Assembly: GCF_037042905.1 (NCBI RefSeq)
Contig: NC_087263.1
Span: 9,300,001-9,364,000, forward strand
Direction: 5' to 3'
Origin: Lytechinus pictus
Lineage: Eukaryota
DNA length: 64,000 nt
The notes beneath the pieces were generated by a model that worked only from the letters and a program-made list of their open reading frames with translations, was not told the origin of the DNA and did not search any database. Of this stretch, positions 1-11,993 are shown piece by piece (the stretch's first letter is position 1; the number at the start of each line of letters is the position of its first letter). A program made the translations under genes and the position numbers.

Positions 1-431
1 ATCTGATCACGCTAGCGCGAAGCCCGCAGGCTTTAAATTTTTATGTGGGCCTACAATAGGCCTTCTGCTTTGATTGTTCCCGCATAGAATTTCCCTTTAA
101 ATACCAGCCTCTTCAAATAGTTTTTCTTTTTTTAAACACCTATACATCTTCACTTAATTTACATCAATTAATACCATATCATATTCAAATTTAAGCAGAG
201 AACGAAGCAATTTCAAAAGGGTGGTAAAATAATAGGGGCTCATCCCAGTGTCGCGTGTGGGTACATTTTTGAAAAAAACTGTCTCGCCAAAACACTAACA
301 TAATAGGCCTTTAATTGTCCTTTCCCCAATGTGTTTCTAGCAGTTTCTGAAAGGAATGGTTTAATTGAAAACACAGCCTGATGACGAGAACAAATGAAAT
401 GGTTATCATATGAATATTGTGGGTTATATAG

Positions 432-2610
432 CAGGGACCTGGGAACTCGCGGGGGTGCTGGGGGTGCTGAAGCACCCCCAAAATTTTTCCTGGGGGTGCT
501 GCGTGTATTATTTTCCATAGGCAACACCTCCTGGAAATCTAGTGGTAAGTTGATGAATGACAGAAATGTAATGAAAATGAACGACGTTTTGTAGACCCCC
601 ACCCCCTTAAGAATTTTCCGACACAGTACTTAAAATAGTGTTTAAATTCACCCTTTTTCAAATCGGAATATCAAATATTTTCTGCTCGTGCTTCGCGCTC
701 GCATTATTGATTTTTATAATAAAAACAAAGTATTTACAACGCCCAGATACTAAAGGGCTAACTCTAAACACGCGCACGCATGTTTATTCAGATACGCAGC
801 TTGTTTTGGGGCTACTCCGGGCTGAAAATATTTATATCAAATACAATTTTATGAAAATCTGATAACAAATAGTTAAGTTATTTAATTCTAAAGTTTAGCA
901 ATAGTTTATGAAAATGGTGATATGCATGTCGTCATGAATATTAAATAGGTGGGTTGACATGTGCGGAAATCTCTTCCCAAAGGTAGAGGGACCAGGGCCT
1001 GCATGGAAAATTTGACAAGCATAAAAAAAAGAAGAAAAAGTTTTTCACCCAAAATGTAAGGTCATTTAGTCCAAAAGCTATTATTTCGATTGTGAAGTGA
1101 TGTATTTTTCTCCATGAAAGACCAAAAATAGTAGGGGGGCATTTGATATTGTGTCCCCCTACTATTTTTGGTAGGGGGGACACGTCCCCCTGTCCCCTCT
1201 GGGATTTCCGCCCTTGCGGGTTGAAGATATCACATCCCCACTATCCTGTTTCTTGTGTTATTACATGGAATCAAAATTGTTTAATTTTTTCATACCAGTG
1301 TGAATGATATGTCTCCCTTATAATGAAATAAGTTGCAGCAAAGAATATCTAATAGACTAAATTAGTTGTCAATTCAACTGTTTTTTGGTTCTTGAAGGGA
1401 AAATATCAAATAAACCTAATTTTATATAATAAAATACAAAAGAACAATTGGGGATATGACATCATCAGTTTGCTCACTGAATATTAATGAAGACATGCTT
1501 AAAACTGTTTCACCGGAATAATGCTAATCTTTAAAATGCAATAACTTTGATATTCCTTGTCGGATTTTGATCAAATCTTTATTCTTATGTTCGCCTGATT
1601 TCTCTTTATCTGTTCAAACCATATATTGCATTCCGTGTGGAGTTTCAGATCAGAATATCAAAAATTTTCTGCTCGCGCTTTGCGCTCACATTATTAATGT
1701 AAGAATATATCCAATTACCCATCATTTTCTTGATTTTCAAAACATGAATAGAATGTCCCAATTATAGGTCTGAAATCTCAATTTTGTTTCCGCTCGCTCT
1801 TTGCGCTCGCATCAATTGTATAGTTATATACCTATCCTGTTCATGATTAGAAAAGTGCTTAAGATGTCCTGTTTTTAGGTCTGAAATCTCATTTTTAATT
1901 CCGCTCGCGCTTCGCGCTCGCATCAATTGTATATTTATATACCTATCCTGTTCTTGATTAGAAAAGTGCTTAGAATGTCTCTTTTTTTGGTCTGAAATCT
2001 CAATTTTGTTTCCGCTCGCGCTTCGCGCTCGCATCTTATCCTGTTCATGATTGCAAAAAGTGCTTAGAATGTCCAGTATTTAGGTCGGAATGTCAATTTT
2101 TTCAGCTCGCGCTTCGCGCTCGCATTATTTGATTGGTGATATATGAATCGTCTTAATGAGTAACTGCAAACATTCCTTATAACACTTCCCTTTCGATCAG
2201 ACCAGAGCGTATATAAAAAATATCTGCTCGCACTGATCACGTTCGCAGTTATTATTTGTTACATACGCATCTTGTTCAGGACCACAAACATTGCTCAAAA
2301 TATTCAATTTTTCAGGACAAAATACATGAATTTCCCAAAAAAAAAATAGCTCGCGTTTCGATCGCGCTCGACTTATCTCATTATATATCTATGTTCTTTT
2401 ATAAGAAGAAAACTAAGAAGTGACTGTCATATATATGTATATATATATATATATGTGTGTGGGGGGAGGATTGGTTGGTGTGTGTGTGGTGCCCTTAGAG
2501 GTGTGTGTGTGTGTGTAATTATGGAAAATTCAATTATTGTGTCCCTCCCACCTTTGAGGAGAGATTTCAGCACCCCCACTGAAAAAATCGTTCCCATATG
2601 CAGGTCCCTG
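432..2610. mobile_element. hAT-like non-autonomous DNA transposon with internal GCTCGCGCTTCGCGCTCGCA-containing repeats and nested fragments
   Basis: Termini CAGGGACCTG (432) and CAGGTCCCTG (2601-2610) are inverted. An 8-bp direct repeat TTATATAG flanks both ends (424-431, 2611-2618). Subterminal GGGGGTGCTG/CAGCACCCCC motifs; no ORF. Confidence 0.75.
1630..2370. repeat. Imperfect ~90-120 bp tandem repeat inside the hAT-like element
   Basis: Recurrent GGTCTGAAATCTCA...GCTCGCGCTTCGCGCTCGCATC...CCTGTTCATGATT...AAAAGTGCTTA blocks. Confidence 0.8.
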
Positions 2611-2777
2611 TTATATAGGCCCTATAATCGATGAAAAGTCATGATCATCACCTGCATGACTATGGTCCAACCATGGTCCCAGCTAGCAAGCTGACGTTGG
2701 TTGGGCCAATGCGGGGTGCCGATGTCGGCCACATTCGGCGAATATCGGATTCCATAGACCAATGAAAATTAGAATAC

Positions 2778-3075
2778 TACGTACGTACGTAATAATACTG
2801 CGTACGTACGTAATAATACTGCGTACGTACGTAATAATTATCACGTACGTACGTAATAATACTGCGTACGTACGTGATAATACTGCGTACGTACGTAATA
2901 ATTATCACGTACGTACGTAATAATACTGCGTACGTACGTAATAATACTGCGTACGTACGTAATAATTATCACGTACGTACGTAATAATTATCACGTACGT
3001 ACGCAATAATACTGCGTACGTACGTAATAATTATCACGTACGTACGTAATAATACTAGGTACGTACGTGATAATT
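2778..3075. repeat. Minisatellite with CGTACGTACG core, ~21-25 bp units, in PDE3 intron 1
   Basis: About 13 copies of CGTACGTACG separated by TAATAATACTG or TAATAATTATCA. Confidence 0.95.
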
Positions 3076-3337
3076 TTTTTTTTTTGGTTGTCAAAAATGT
3101 CCGGTTTGGGGCTTCGTAGGTATCACTACCTTTATAATATTTTTCATTCACTGCCTGGACTGGTCCTTGAAATTTGAGTCATCACTTCAAAAGCAATCAA
3201 CAAGAACAAGATCAAGACAGTGTTAATAAACTAGCCTGAAGCATGACGTCATTTAATTAAGAGGGTCTACACTTAACAACACAATATAAACAGATCTTGG
3301 CAGGGTCTTTGTACTTAATTAATTCGCATTAATTTAC

Positions 3338-4132
3338 CTGTGGACGTTGTATCAACGCCGGTAAAGAAGTCCGCCGGGTTTTATGGCTGTGACTCGCGAC
3401 GGAGCTCTGCGATGAGGTGCGCCTACGCCGCAGGACTGGAATTTTGCCGTCGTTGGTGAACTGTGCCACGATCGAACTGTGTCGGAAGAGGTGTGCTTCT
3501 GTGTACTTTGACAAAACACACCCTACAATTCCACAGAAATAGGCGAGATACGGCCTCATCCACATGGGTAGTCCATGGAGAGTTGAGCCACTTAAAAACC
3601 TCATGAAACTCAAGAAGCTGATAACTAGCGCACTTTGTGGGGTTGAAAGTGTGGATGTCATGCTGACCAACGATGCAGAGGCGAGAACACTCGCCACCAG
3701 CCAGGGGCTGAACAAGTTCGATGCCCCGAAGCAGATTTGGCCGAAAATTTCCCCGACATAGCAGGCCATGAAGAAAACGTAGACATTGTTTCCAGTCCAA
3801 GATTTCCGTAGATAAATAGCAAGCCAATAAAATGCGCAGATAACGCTGAACATTGGGGCAAAAAGTCCACATAAAACATGCAATGCAGTTATGAAAGAGT
3901 CTTGTAAAATATACAGAAGAAGAGCGACCCCCGCAACTCCAGCTGCTAAAGCCGACCGGCTTTCCGCCCCGATATTTCTCAAGTTTTTAAGCCCAAACCA
4001 GGCCACGTATGGGTTGTAATTCCTTCTCTCCATTTGTGATGCTGTGCCAGTTATATATCCGTTATAATCCGAGTTGTCAAGATTAAAATATCCTTTATTT
4101 AGGCCATATCGGGTCGACTGACGGTCGTCCAT
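3338..4132 (-). CDS. PDE3: cGMP-inhibited 3',5'-cyclic phosphodiesterase 3, first coding exon (N-terminal transmembrane region); remaining exons lie left of the window
   Basis: 265 codons with several hydrophobic segments, followed by RRRRTSS and RRTSLP, which match the PDE3A/B basophilic phosphosite motifs. Ends in a CAG|GTAAAT donor at 3338/3337. Confidence 0.85.
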
Positions 4133-6004
4133 CGTCTTCAGGCTTCACCTTGCCATACCGGTATTTCTGATCTAACGCGAGACAATTGCATAGGCGCCGT
4201 GCATGCAAACACACGGGTACCGTACCTATAAAATGCATGCGAATCGCACGCCTCGCGCTCGTTCGCTGGAATACGGGTACGGGTACAAGCACGAAAACTA
4301 CGTGAACAACATGTCCAGAATAATACCATCGATGGATGGATCAATATAATACTCAAGCTTTCGGGACATCAAAGGGATTTGGGCATTTTACACCTGTTGT
4401 GTTGTTTTGTTTTTGTTGTTTTTTGGGGGGAAGGAGTTGGTCGGATACATTAAGAAGGGTAATCGCTTTCCGATCCCTCTCTTTTCAGAGGAGGGGTAAA
4501 CAGGCCCCGGAAACAGGCCCGTAAACAGGATTACAAGATATTAGAGAGATCAAGTATATAACGGTACATGATCATGAACTTGACTTGAGCTTCAAACATA
4601 GTTTTGTCCACCAATTACTGTTAGCATCCTTTTTTTAAGAATGTCCGACTTCCAGAACCGCTGTAAGTATCGATTTTCCTAATCTGCCACAATTGCTGTC
4701 TTCGCTGTAAAGAAGATAGTGGTGGATCTATCATCTAGCTGTTTGCTATACGAGGGAGTTGGACAATTTGGTTTGACCCCGGCTGCGACATAATGCATCC
4801 TCCCCCTCCCCCCCCCCCCCCCCATATATCCGCCACTATTCCGCTTGCGCGGCTCTCGTAAACAGGGAAGGGGTGTTGGAGTTTGATCCCACACTCCTTT
4901 TTTATCCGCGGGGAGCCCGGCCGAGTTGGGGTTTAACCCCCCCCCCCCCCCCCCCCAAGTACGGATCCGCCACTGAAAAATGTCATTGTAAGTAATTGGT
5001 ACGCTGTTTTGAGAGTGGGAGTTGTGCTGCCCCACCCCCTCCCGAGGGAAAAAAAATCAGTGAAATAATTGGGATAAAATCATTGCAGGTATGCCTATCA
5101 TTATCTTTTAGTCTTAACATAACTGTCGCCGAATTTCCTTCAATATCAAAACAATTCAATATTCTACCTATTTCATTACAAATTTTAATCGTTATTACTA
5201 CATTGTAAATTTGTTACTTTTGTTCATCTTATTTTATTGTAATCCTTAATGTTTTCATTTTAAATCAATCAAATAAACTTGAAACTTTATCTAGGCTTTA
5301 TGAGATGTCTTGTCTTGTTTGTCAGTCTTTAGTTAGGACTAGAGTACCCCCTCAAAAATCAGCTTTTAGCGGCTGATCGGGGGAAATGTGGATGAAAATA
5401 TTTATCCACTTCAACCCCCATTGGCGAAAGCTGAATCCGTGCCTGTTGCCTAAGCTACACATAAGCTATAATATTATGTCATGCAATAAGTCAACCTAAA
5501 AAAGAGCGAATTTTACCTCTTTTGTCCCGTATTTGTTCCCAAAATCAAGCATAAATTGCAATGTCCCGAATTTCGAGAGTTAACAAAAATAATGATTATT
5601 CCAGAAAGGCTTTTGTTATAAACTTTGAGTTTGGCTTATTAAAAATATTGCGCGGGGTGTTCATAGTCATTTCCCTGTTTGCTAAAACTCAATCAAAATA
5701 TAAGCGCTTCCAAAGGACTTGGATATTACCTCGGCTTTGGTATAGGCATATATATTCACAGCACACACGCATTTCAAGGAATAAGTTTCTTCCAGAAGTT
5801 CCAGGTAGGGCCTACCCATTTACATCACCTGTGTTGAGTGCAGCATAATGCGGATCAATTTTTTGCTGAAGGAAACTATGACTGATCTGGCTGGGACGTT
5901 TAGGTTTATAAAACCCGCTTATTTTGTTGTTTCATTTTTATGTGAAAATGCGTGTTTTGCTGCACCTTTAGAAAATATATAATTTTCCAACCTTTGTACT
6001 TTAA

Positions 6005-6796
6005 AGGAGAATGAAACCCTTGAAACCAGCTGAATCCATATAAAAGAGAAAAATCAAAGAAACATATTGTTAAAAGTTTGAGGAAGATTGAATGAATAAT
6101 AAGAAAGTTATGAGCATTTGAATATTGAGATCACTAATGCCATGTAGATCCTCCCATTGGCAATGCGACCAAGATCTGTGATGTCACACACGTACAACTC
6201 CCTCATTACTTTAGTACTTATTTCACTTATATTCTCACTTTTATAGAGTCTATCACAAGGTGAGGTGTTCTCTTTATGAGAGGACAAGTACAGTACAGAG
6301 GTTTCACAACATTATATCATTGATGAATCGTTTGTCATATGATTAGAATGAGCAAAAAGAGATGTTTTGGGGTATATTTTCAGTGTCCAAAACTGGACAA
6401 CTCTCCCCTTTTGGACACTGAAAATGTACCCCAAAACATCTCTTTTTGCTCATTCTAATCATATGACAAACGATTCATCATTGATATAATGTTGTGAAAC
6501 CTCTGTACTGTACTTGTCCTCTCATAAAGAGAACACCTCACCTTGTGATAGACTCTATAAAAGTGAGAATATAAGTGAAATAAGTACTAAAGTAATGAGG
6601 GAGTTGTACGTGTGTGACATCACAGATCTTGGTTGCATTGCCAATGGGAGGATCTACATGGCATTAGTGATCTCAATATTCAAATGCTCATAACTTTCTT
6701 ATTATTCATTCAATCTTCCTCAAACTTTCAACAATATGTTTCTTTGATTTTTCTCTTTGATATGGATTCAGCTGGTTTCAAGGGTTTCATTCTCCT
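6005..6796. mobile_element. Kolobok-like MITE forming a near-perfect palindrome
   Basis: TTAA flanks (6001-6004, 6797-6800) and AGG...CCT termini. Arms of ~390 bp with only a few mismatches and a ~16-bp loop. A related, more diverged copy lies at ~62692-63252. Confidence 0.8.
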
Positions 6797-9770
6797 TTAA
6801 GTAGAAGGAGAAGATGAGAGAAATAAGAAAGAAAGAAAGAAAGAAAGAAATAAAGAAAAGGGAAAAAAATTGAGTACATTTACATGAATATAAAAAGGCC
6901 CAAGTCCAGAGGAGGTCATTTAGAGAAAATCGAAAAAAAAAATTTGGCCAAAAGACATCAGAAGACATCATAAAACACATTTAAGAGTACATTTTTTTAA
7001 TGTACATTAATTTTCACGTTACTTGTGGGCGGGGCCTCTTGTCTGGTGGACTTAAGTGTTTTTAGAATATATACGTCCATGGTAGACTTCTGTATTAGAA
7101 GTAATGAGAGAGGGCGCTATGATATGAATGTAAGAAAAGCCCAAGTCTTGGACTTGGGCTTTTCTTGCACTCATACCAGATTTCTTTCCTTTATTTAAGG
7201 CATTTCTGAGATGGTTTAAGATTTATCATTTATACACAAGATGAGTTATTGTGTAAGGAATTCACAATTTCCCATGTTTAACTCGAATTCGCCAAAAAAT
7301 GGACTTGGGCCGTTTTATATTGAGATACTCAATTAGGAAAAAGAAAAAAGACGAAAGGTGAAAAAAGAGACGACGATGATATCCAAAGGGAAATCCAATT
7401 AGATGTATATCATTTTGTGTGCAAAGCACCAACCCCCCCCCCCAATAAAAATATATTGGTAATTAGTAAGAAAACCTCACAAGCAATATCGAAAAGTCAT
7501 AAATGCTAGAAAAAGACAAATTAAATTCTCAAATTGGAAATTCGATGTGACAAAATGATTTAGGAGCTATATGCTCTTATTTCATATTCTTAATTATTAT
7601 TTTGCTGCTTTCTATATATTCCTCTTACGTGCAGATTACTATTCATACAAATGACATTGAGGTCATGTTTTAAAACGTATCGATATGCTGGGTAATAATC
7701 TGGAAAAATGATCCATACCATTTTATCACGATTTTTCGAAAAGCATGGACCTGGGAAGGGAGGGGGGGGGGTAGTACCAAAAAAAAAATCCATTGGGGTG
7801 CTGCTTGTTGTGACCCCCCCCCCCTTTTTTTTTTCTTCAAATATCTCGGAATAAATTTGATCTCTATATTGTAATGAAAACTTTTTTAGGTTCGGTTTTG
7901 GATTTTTCAAATTTACATCAGCACCCCCAGTAATAAAAAAATCGTCCCCAATGCCCTATCGAAAAGGCGCCCCATTTTAGTTATTTTGGAGAAGATGCTG
8001 CAGGAGTTGTGAATATTTCCATACGTAACGTAAATTCTGCGTATTCAATTTCCAATTGATTTATTAATTACAATTTATGATTTTAAAAGACTAAAAAAAA
8101 TCAGGATTTATTATTGTTTTTCCGATTTTGGTCGGGATATTAAGCAATCTGCCTTAAGATGTGATTTGGTTCTTTGTTTTATTGACTGTTTCTTTGTTTT
8201 TTGCTCGTATAAGGCAAATCATCAAATCACGAACTTTACAATTTGTTTTTCCTTAATATTATTGTTTTGTCATTTTCACATAAGGTATAGGTTAAAGAAA
8301 AGCAGGCGCGTAGCCGGGAGGCGGTGGGGCGGTCGCCCTCCCCCCCCCCCCCAAAAAAAAAAAAAAAAAAAACCGCCCCCAAAAGAAAAAAAAGAAAGGG
8401 AAAAGGAGAAAAGGAAAAAGAGAAGAGAGAAAGGGGAAGAAGGGTATAGCTTCATTGATTTTCTTCTCCTTTTTTTGTGTCAAAAAAATGAAAACCTAAA
8501 CGAGGCGTTCTTTTCACTCTTCAAACAAAATTTTGCTTTTGTTTAAAATATCTAAAATGCCTTTTTTCTCTCTGTTTCCCACAAGTTTTTTCCCTCCCCG
8601 GCCATCAGACTCGTATATTTTTGCCAGAAATTATAAAGTATACATGGGTGAAAAGAATATGAAAAGATTTTTTTTTTCAATCGCATTGACACAAAATTTC
8701 GGCTCTTCTGTTCGAAGTGGGTATAACACTACCGTTTGTCCCCAATGTTATTTCTTCCGCTTTTCAGTAAGCATTTTTGGCAAAGTATCTGCTCAAAGGG
8801 GGTGGCATTCCTGTGCTATATGGTATTCATGATGAAAGTTAAGGTTATTCTATATTGCTGCATATCCACCTCCCGTTTCCTTTTGCACCATTAATTTGAA
8901 ATTTTGAATCAATGTCACTAAAATTTCTTAATCATACAAAAGGAAGCGCTTAATATGAGTGATATTACACAATTATTTTTTTAACATAATAAATCACAGA
9001 GGTTTCCGTGATTCGCGTGAATAGGAATGGAACAGTTCCTCTTTAAGCATCATTCCTTTCACAATTTGAGCTTTTGCTTCTTAATAGAGTTAGAAATCTC
9101 AAAATTAGAGCAGGTTAAGTTTTCAGAGAAATTTCGAAAATTCAGAACTTCAACGTCATTCGCAGGAAGGAATATACTCGTCTTCTACTCTGTTTTGCGA
9201 GTTAAATAAATGAATGTGGCTAAAGTTTTTGCAAACAAATCTGATGTGACCAAGGTAGACATTTTATACCGATTCTGTTCTCAATTTTCATCAAACGTTT
9301 CAGCGTCCGCGCGAGAAATAATTTCAAATTCCTAAATCTTTTCCCATTTTTGGGGCGCTCATAATTTCTTTCGAAAACAAGATTTTTTAATCACACTAAG
9401 TCAATTTAATTCCAGTTGATAAGGGTAATAGAGACGCAAGAGACGTCTTCTTTTGATTTGAATTTTGATGAGATAACAAAAGCCACCCCCTCCCTGCACC
9501 CTCCCCCCTAGGGAGCGCGCTTTGCGCGTTCTGTAAGTGTTGGCACGCTTTGCGTGCATTTACCGCCCCCTCCAAAATCAAATCCTGGCTACGCGGTTGA
9601 AGAATAGAACAAAGTCATGATTCACCATTAAAAGTATACTGATCCATATTTTCAATAAAAATAACATCTCTCTGGACTGACCGTTTTCTATTCTCAAAGT
9701 TGTCGTCTTGTGCTTGACTATTTGGACTGGATTATTACGATATGTTTAAATAAAGAGGCTACAATCTCCG

Positions 9771-9801
<31 letters not shown>

Positions 9802-9913
9802 TCAGCCGCCTCCATTCCCAACCTGTTGTATGACAATCTTGACCATTATTTTACTTATAATTTGAAATGCTTTATATCAAGATAATGTAATCTTTTGAAA
9901 AGGAAATAATCAA

Positions 9914-9981
9914 AATGAATTGAAATGAAAATAAATGAAATTGAAATGAAACGAAATGAATCGAAATGAAATGAAATGAAA
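9914..9981. repeat. (AAATG)n imperfect pentanucleotide microsatellite
   Basis: Repeated GAAAT units. Confidence 0.85.
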
Positions 9982-10812
9982 CTGCAGTGTTCTTCAGTGC
10001 GTAAATACCACTGAATACACGTGAATCTGGATATTTCTATAAGCGATTAACCCAAATGCATCGTTAGATGGCGCTAGACCTATTCTATCGACATACTTTT
10101 GAAGACGCAAACAACTTTTTTTTCTCACGTCGAGCTGAATGAAATGACAACTCCAAAAACGGCAGGTGAATCTCGGTAAAAGTTGACGAAAAATACGATT
10201 ATTTATCAATCATTGATGAACGTTTCCCAGGTTTTAAACAAACTCGCTGAGCACTGTACACTTTTCAAATTTTACACAAAACATCATTTGCATGCCTAAT
10301 AGCTTTGGGAAATCCACCGTGACAAAAAAATGAATAAATAACAAAAAATAATAATAATTACAAAATATTAGCAAAGGTTTGATGAAAATCCATCAAAGAT
10401 TTTTTTAAATATGACAAGAGTTTTGCAAATGTTTTTTTTAAGGGGTAAGTTCACACTGACGAAAACTTTGTTGTAATAATGCAATTGCCCCCCCCCAAAA
10501 AAAAAAAAAGCTGAAGGTTTGAGAAAAATCCACAAAAGATTCAAAATAATGTGAGAACACTGTAAGCTACCAATATTTTTTAATTCATTATACTCGTTTA
10601 TAATTCCTTTTGTTTTCTGTGCTTCAGTTGGAAATCGCAAACGTTTCCCCTGACCCCGCCCCCGTAAACGGCAGCCCTTGATCATACAGAAACCTGTAAA
10701 TCCCGACAATAATGAATTAGAAAATATCTCTAATAAACATAAACGTGTCTCCGGAAAAAACTTGAATTTACTGTTCCCCTGTGCAGGCCTATGCTTTTTA
10801 ACGCATGTTTAA

Positions 10813-11437
10813 AGGACAAGTCCTCCCCCAACAAACAAACAAAATGATATAAATAAAAGGAAAATATCCAACAAGCATAACGCTGAAGATTTCATCAAAA
10901 TCGGATGTAAAATAAGAAAGTTATGACATTTTAAATTTCGCTTAGTTTCACATGACAGTTATGCACATCCTGGTCGGTATGCAAAATAATGAGCAGACCG
11001 ATGACGTCATCCACTCACTATTTCTTTTGTATTTTATTGTATGAAATATGAAAAATTTAAATTTTCTCCTCGATGTCATGTGAAACAAATTTTTTTCACT
11101 CCCTGAATATATGGAATCACCATTAGTTTACGGTTAGGGCCTACTTAGTCAAGTATTATCAAATTATATTGTATATTGTCAAATCTTAAGAAATTGAAAT
11201 ATTGTATGATTCAAACAATAAAAAACAAAGGAAATAGTGAGTAAGGGACATCATCCACTCTGTAATTTGCATATCACTGAGTTGTGCATATAACAGTGCA
11301 TGTAAAATAAGCGAAACTTAAAAATGATAGAACTATTTTAATATTTTACATCCGATTTTGATGAAATTTTCAGCGTATGCTTGTTTGACTTTTTTTAATT
11401 GATTCAAATCAATAATTTTCTTGGGTGGACTTGACCT
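10813..11437. mobile_element. Kolobok-like MITE
   Basis: TTAA|AGGACAAGTC ... GACTTGACCT|TTAA with long imperfect TIRs (TTTCATCAAAATCGGATGTAAAAT / ATTTTACATCCGATTTTGATGAAA). Same family as 54972-55580. Confidence 0.8.
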
Positions 11438-11979
11438 TTAAGACAGGGCTGGGGCAATGTATTGATGGAGGTGAAGGGCGGACGACTGAAATGTGACGCC
11501 ACTGAAAAAAAGAATGCATAATAGAAGTTCTGTAAAATTAGTTACCCAGCATCCCATGCCTAACCATTAATTTTCCAAACACTAGTCACACATGATATCA
11601 ATCAAACATTTATTATATTTTATTTCCAGTCACCATGCATTTTCCTATGGGGGGGGGTTCATTGTGTGTATTAGAAATAAGGTAGCCATCTTGTTTAATG
11701 TGTAATAAATTCATGCATTTTTTTGGGGGGGGGGGCGGGGGTTGGCCTGGGGGTATTATTGTTTGTATTGGGAGTAACAGGTTGTCATCTTATTTACTGT
11801 ATACATTTTTTTTTTTGGGGGAGGTATTATTATTTGTATTGGGAATAATGTTGCCATCTTGTTAACTGTGTTACAATTTTCTTGATGTTGGAAATAGGAG
11901 GCAATCATCCAGTCCAACATCTTTTACTACATATGTTTTATTCATCAATAATTCAGTGATGAAATAGTAGGCCTATCTT

Positions 11980-11993
11980 GTTGCCATGATAAC
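11980..11993. promoter_or_regulatory. Candidate RFX X-box upstream of the VWA/DUF4537 gene
   Basis: GTTGCCATGATAAC fits the consensus GTNRCC-AT-RGYAAC / RYYNYY-WW-RRNRAC. It lies just upstream of a CpG-rich region (12.2-12.9 kb) that ends in a candidate donor AAG|GTAGGC at 12980/12981. Confidence 0.55.

Noticed and set aside
2778-3075. Repeat-spacer pattern resembling a CRISPR array
   Set aside because: The spacers are only two recurring ~11-nt variants, there are no cas genes, and the context is a eukaryotic intron.
3423-3879. Overlapping alternative-frame ORFs within PDE3 exon 1 (likewise within the VWA exons and the transposase)
   Set aside because: Expected by-products of GC-richer coding sequence; no recognisable motifs.
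8166-8546. K/E/P-rich 126-aa ORF
   Set aside because: Homopolymer runs within a GC-ended repeat fragment; no splice or domain support.
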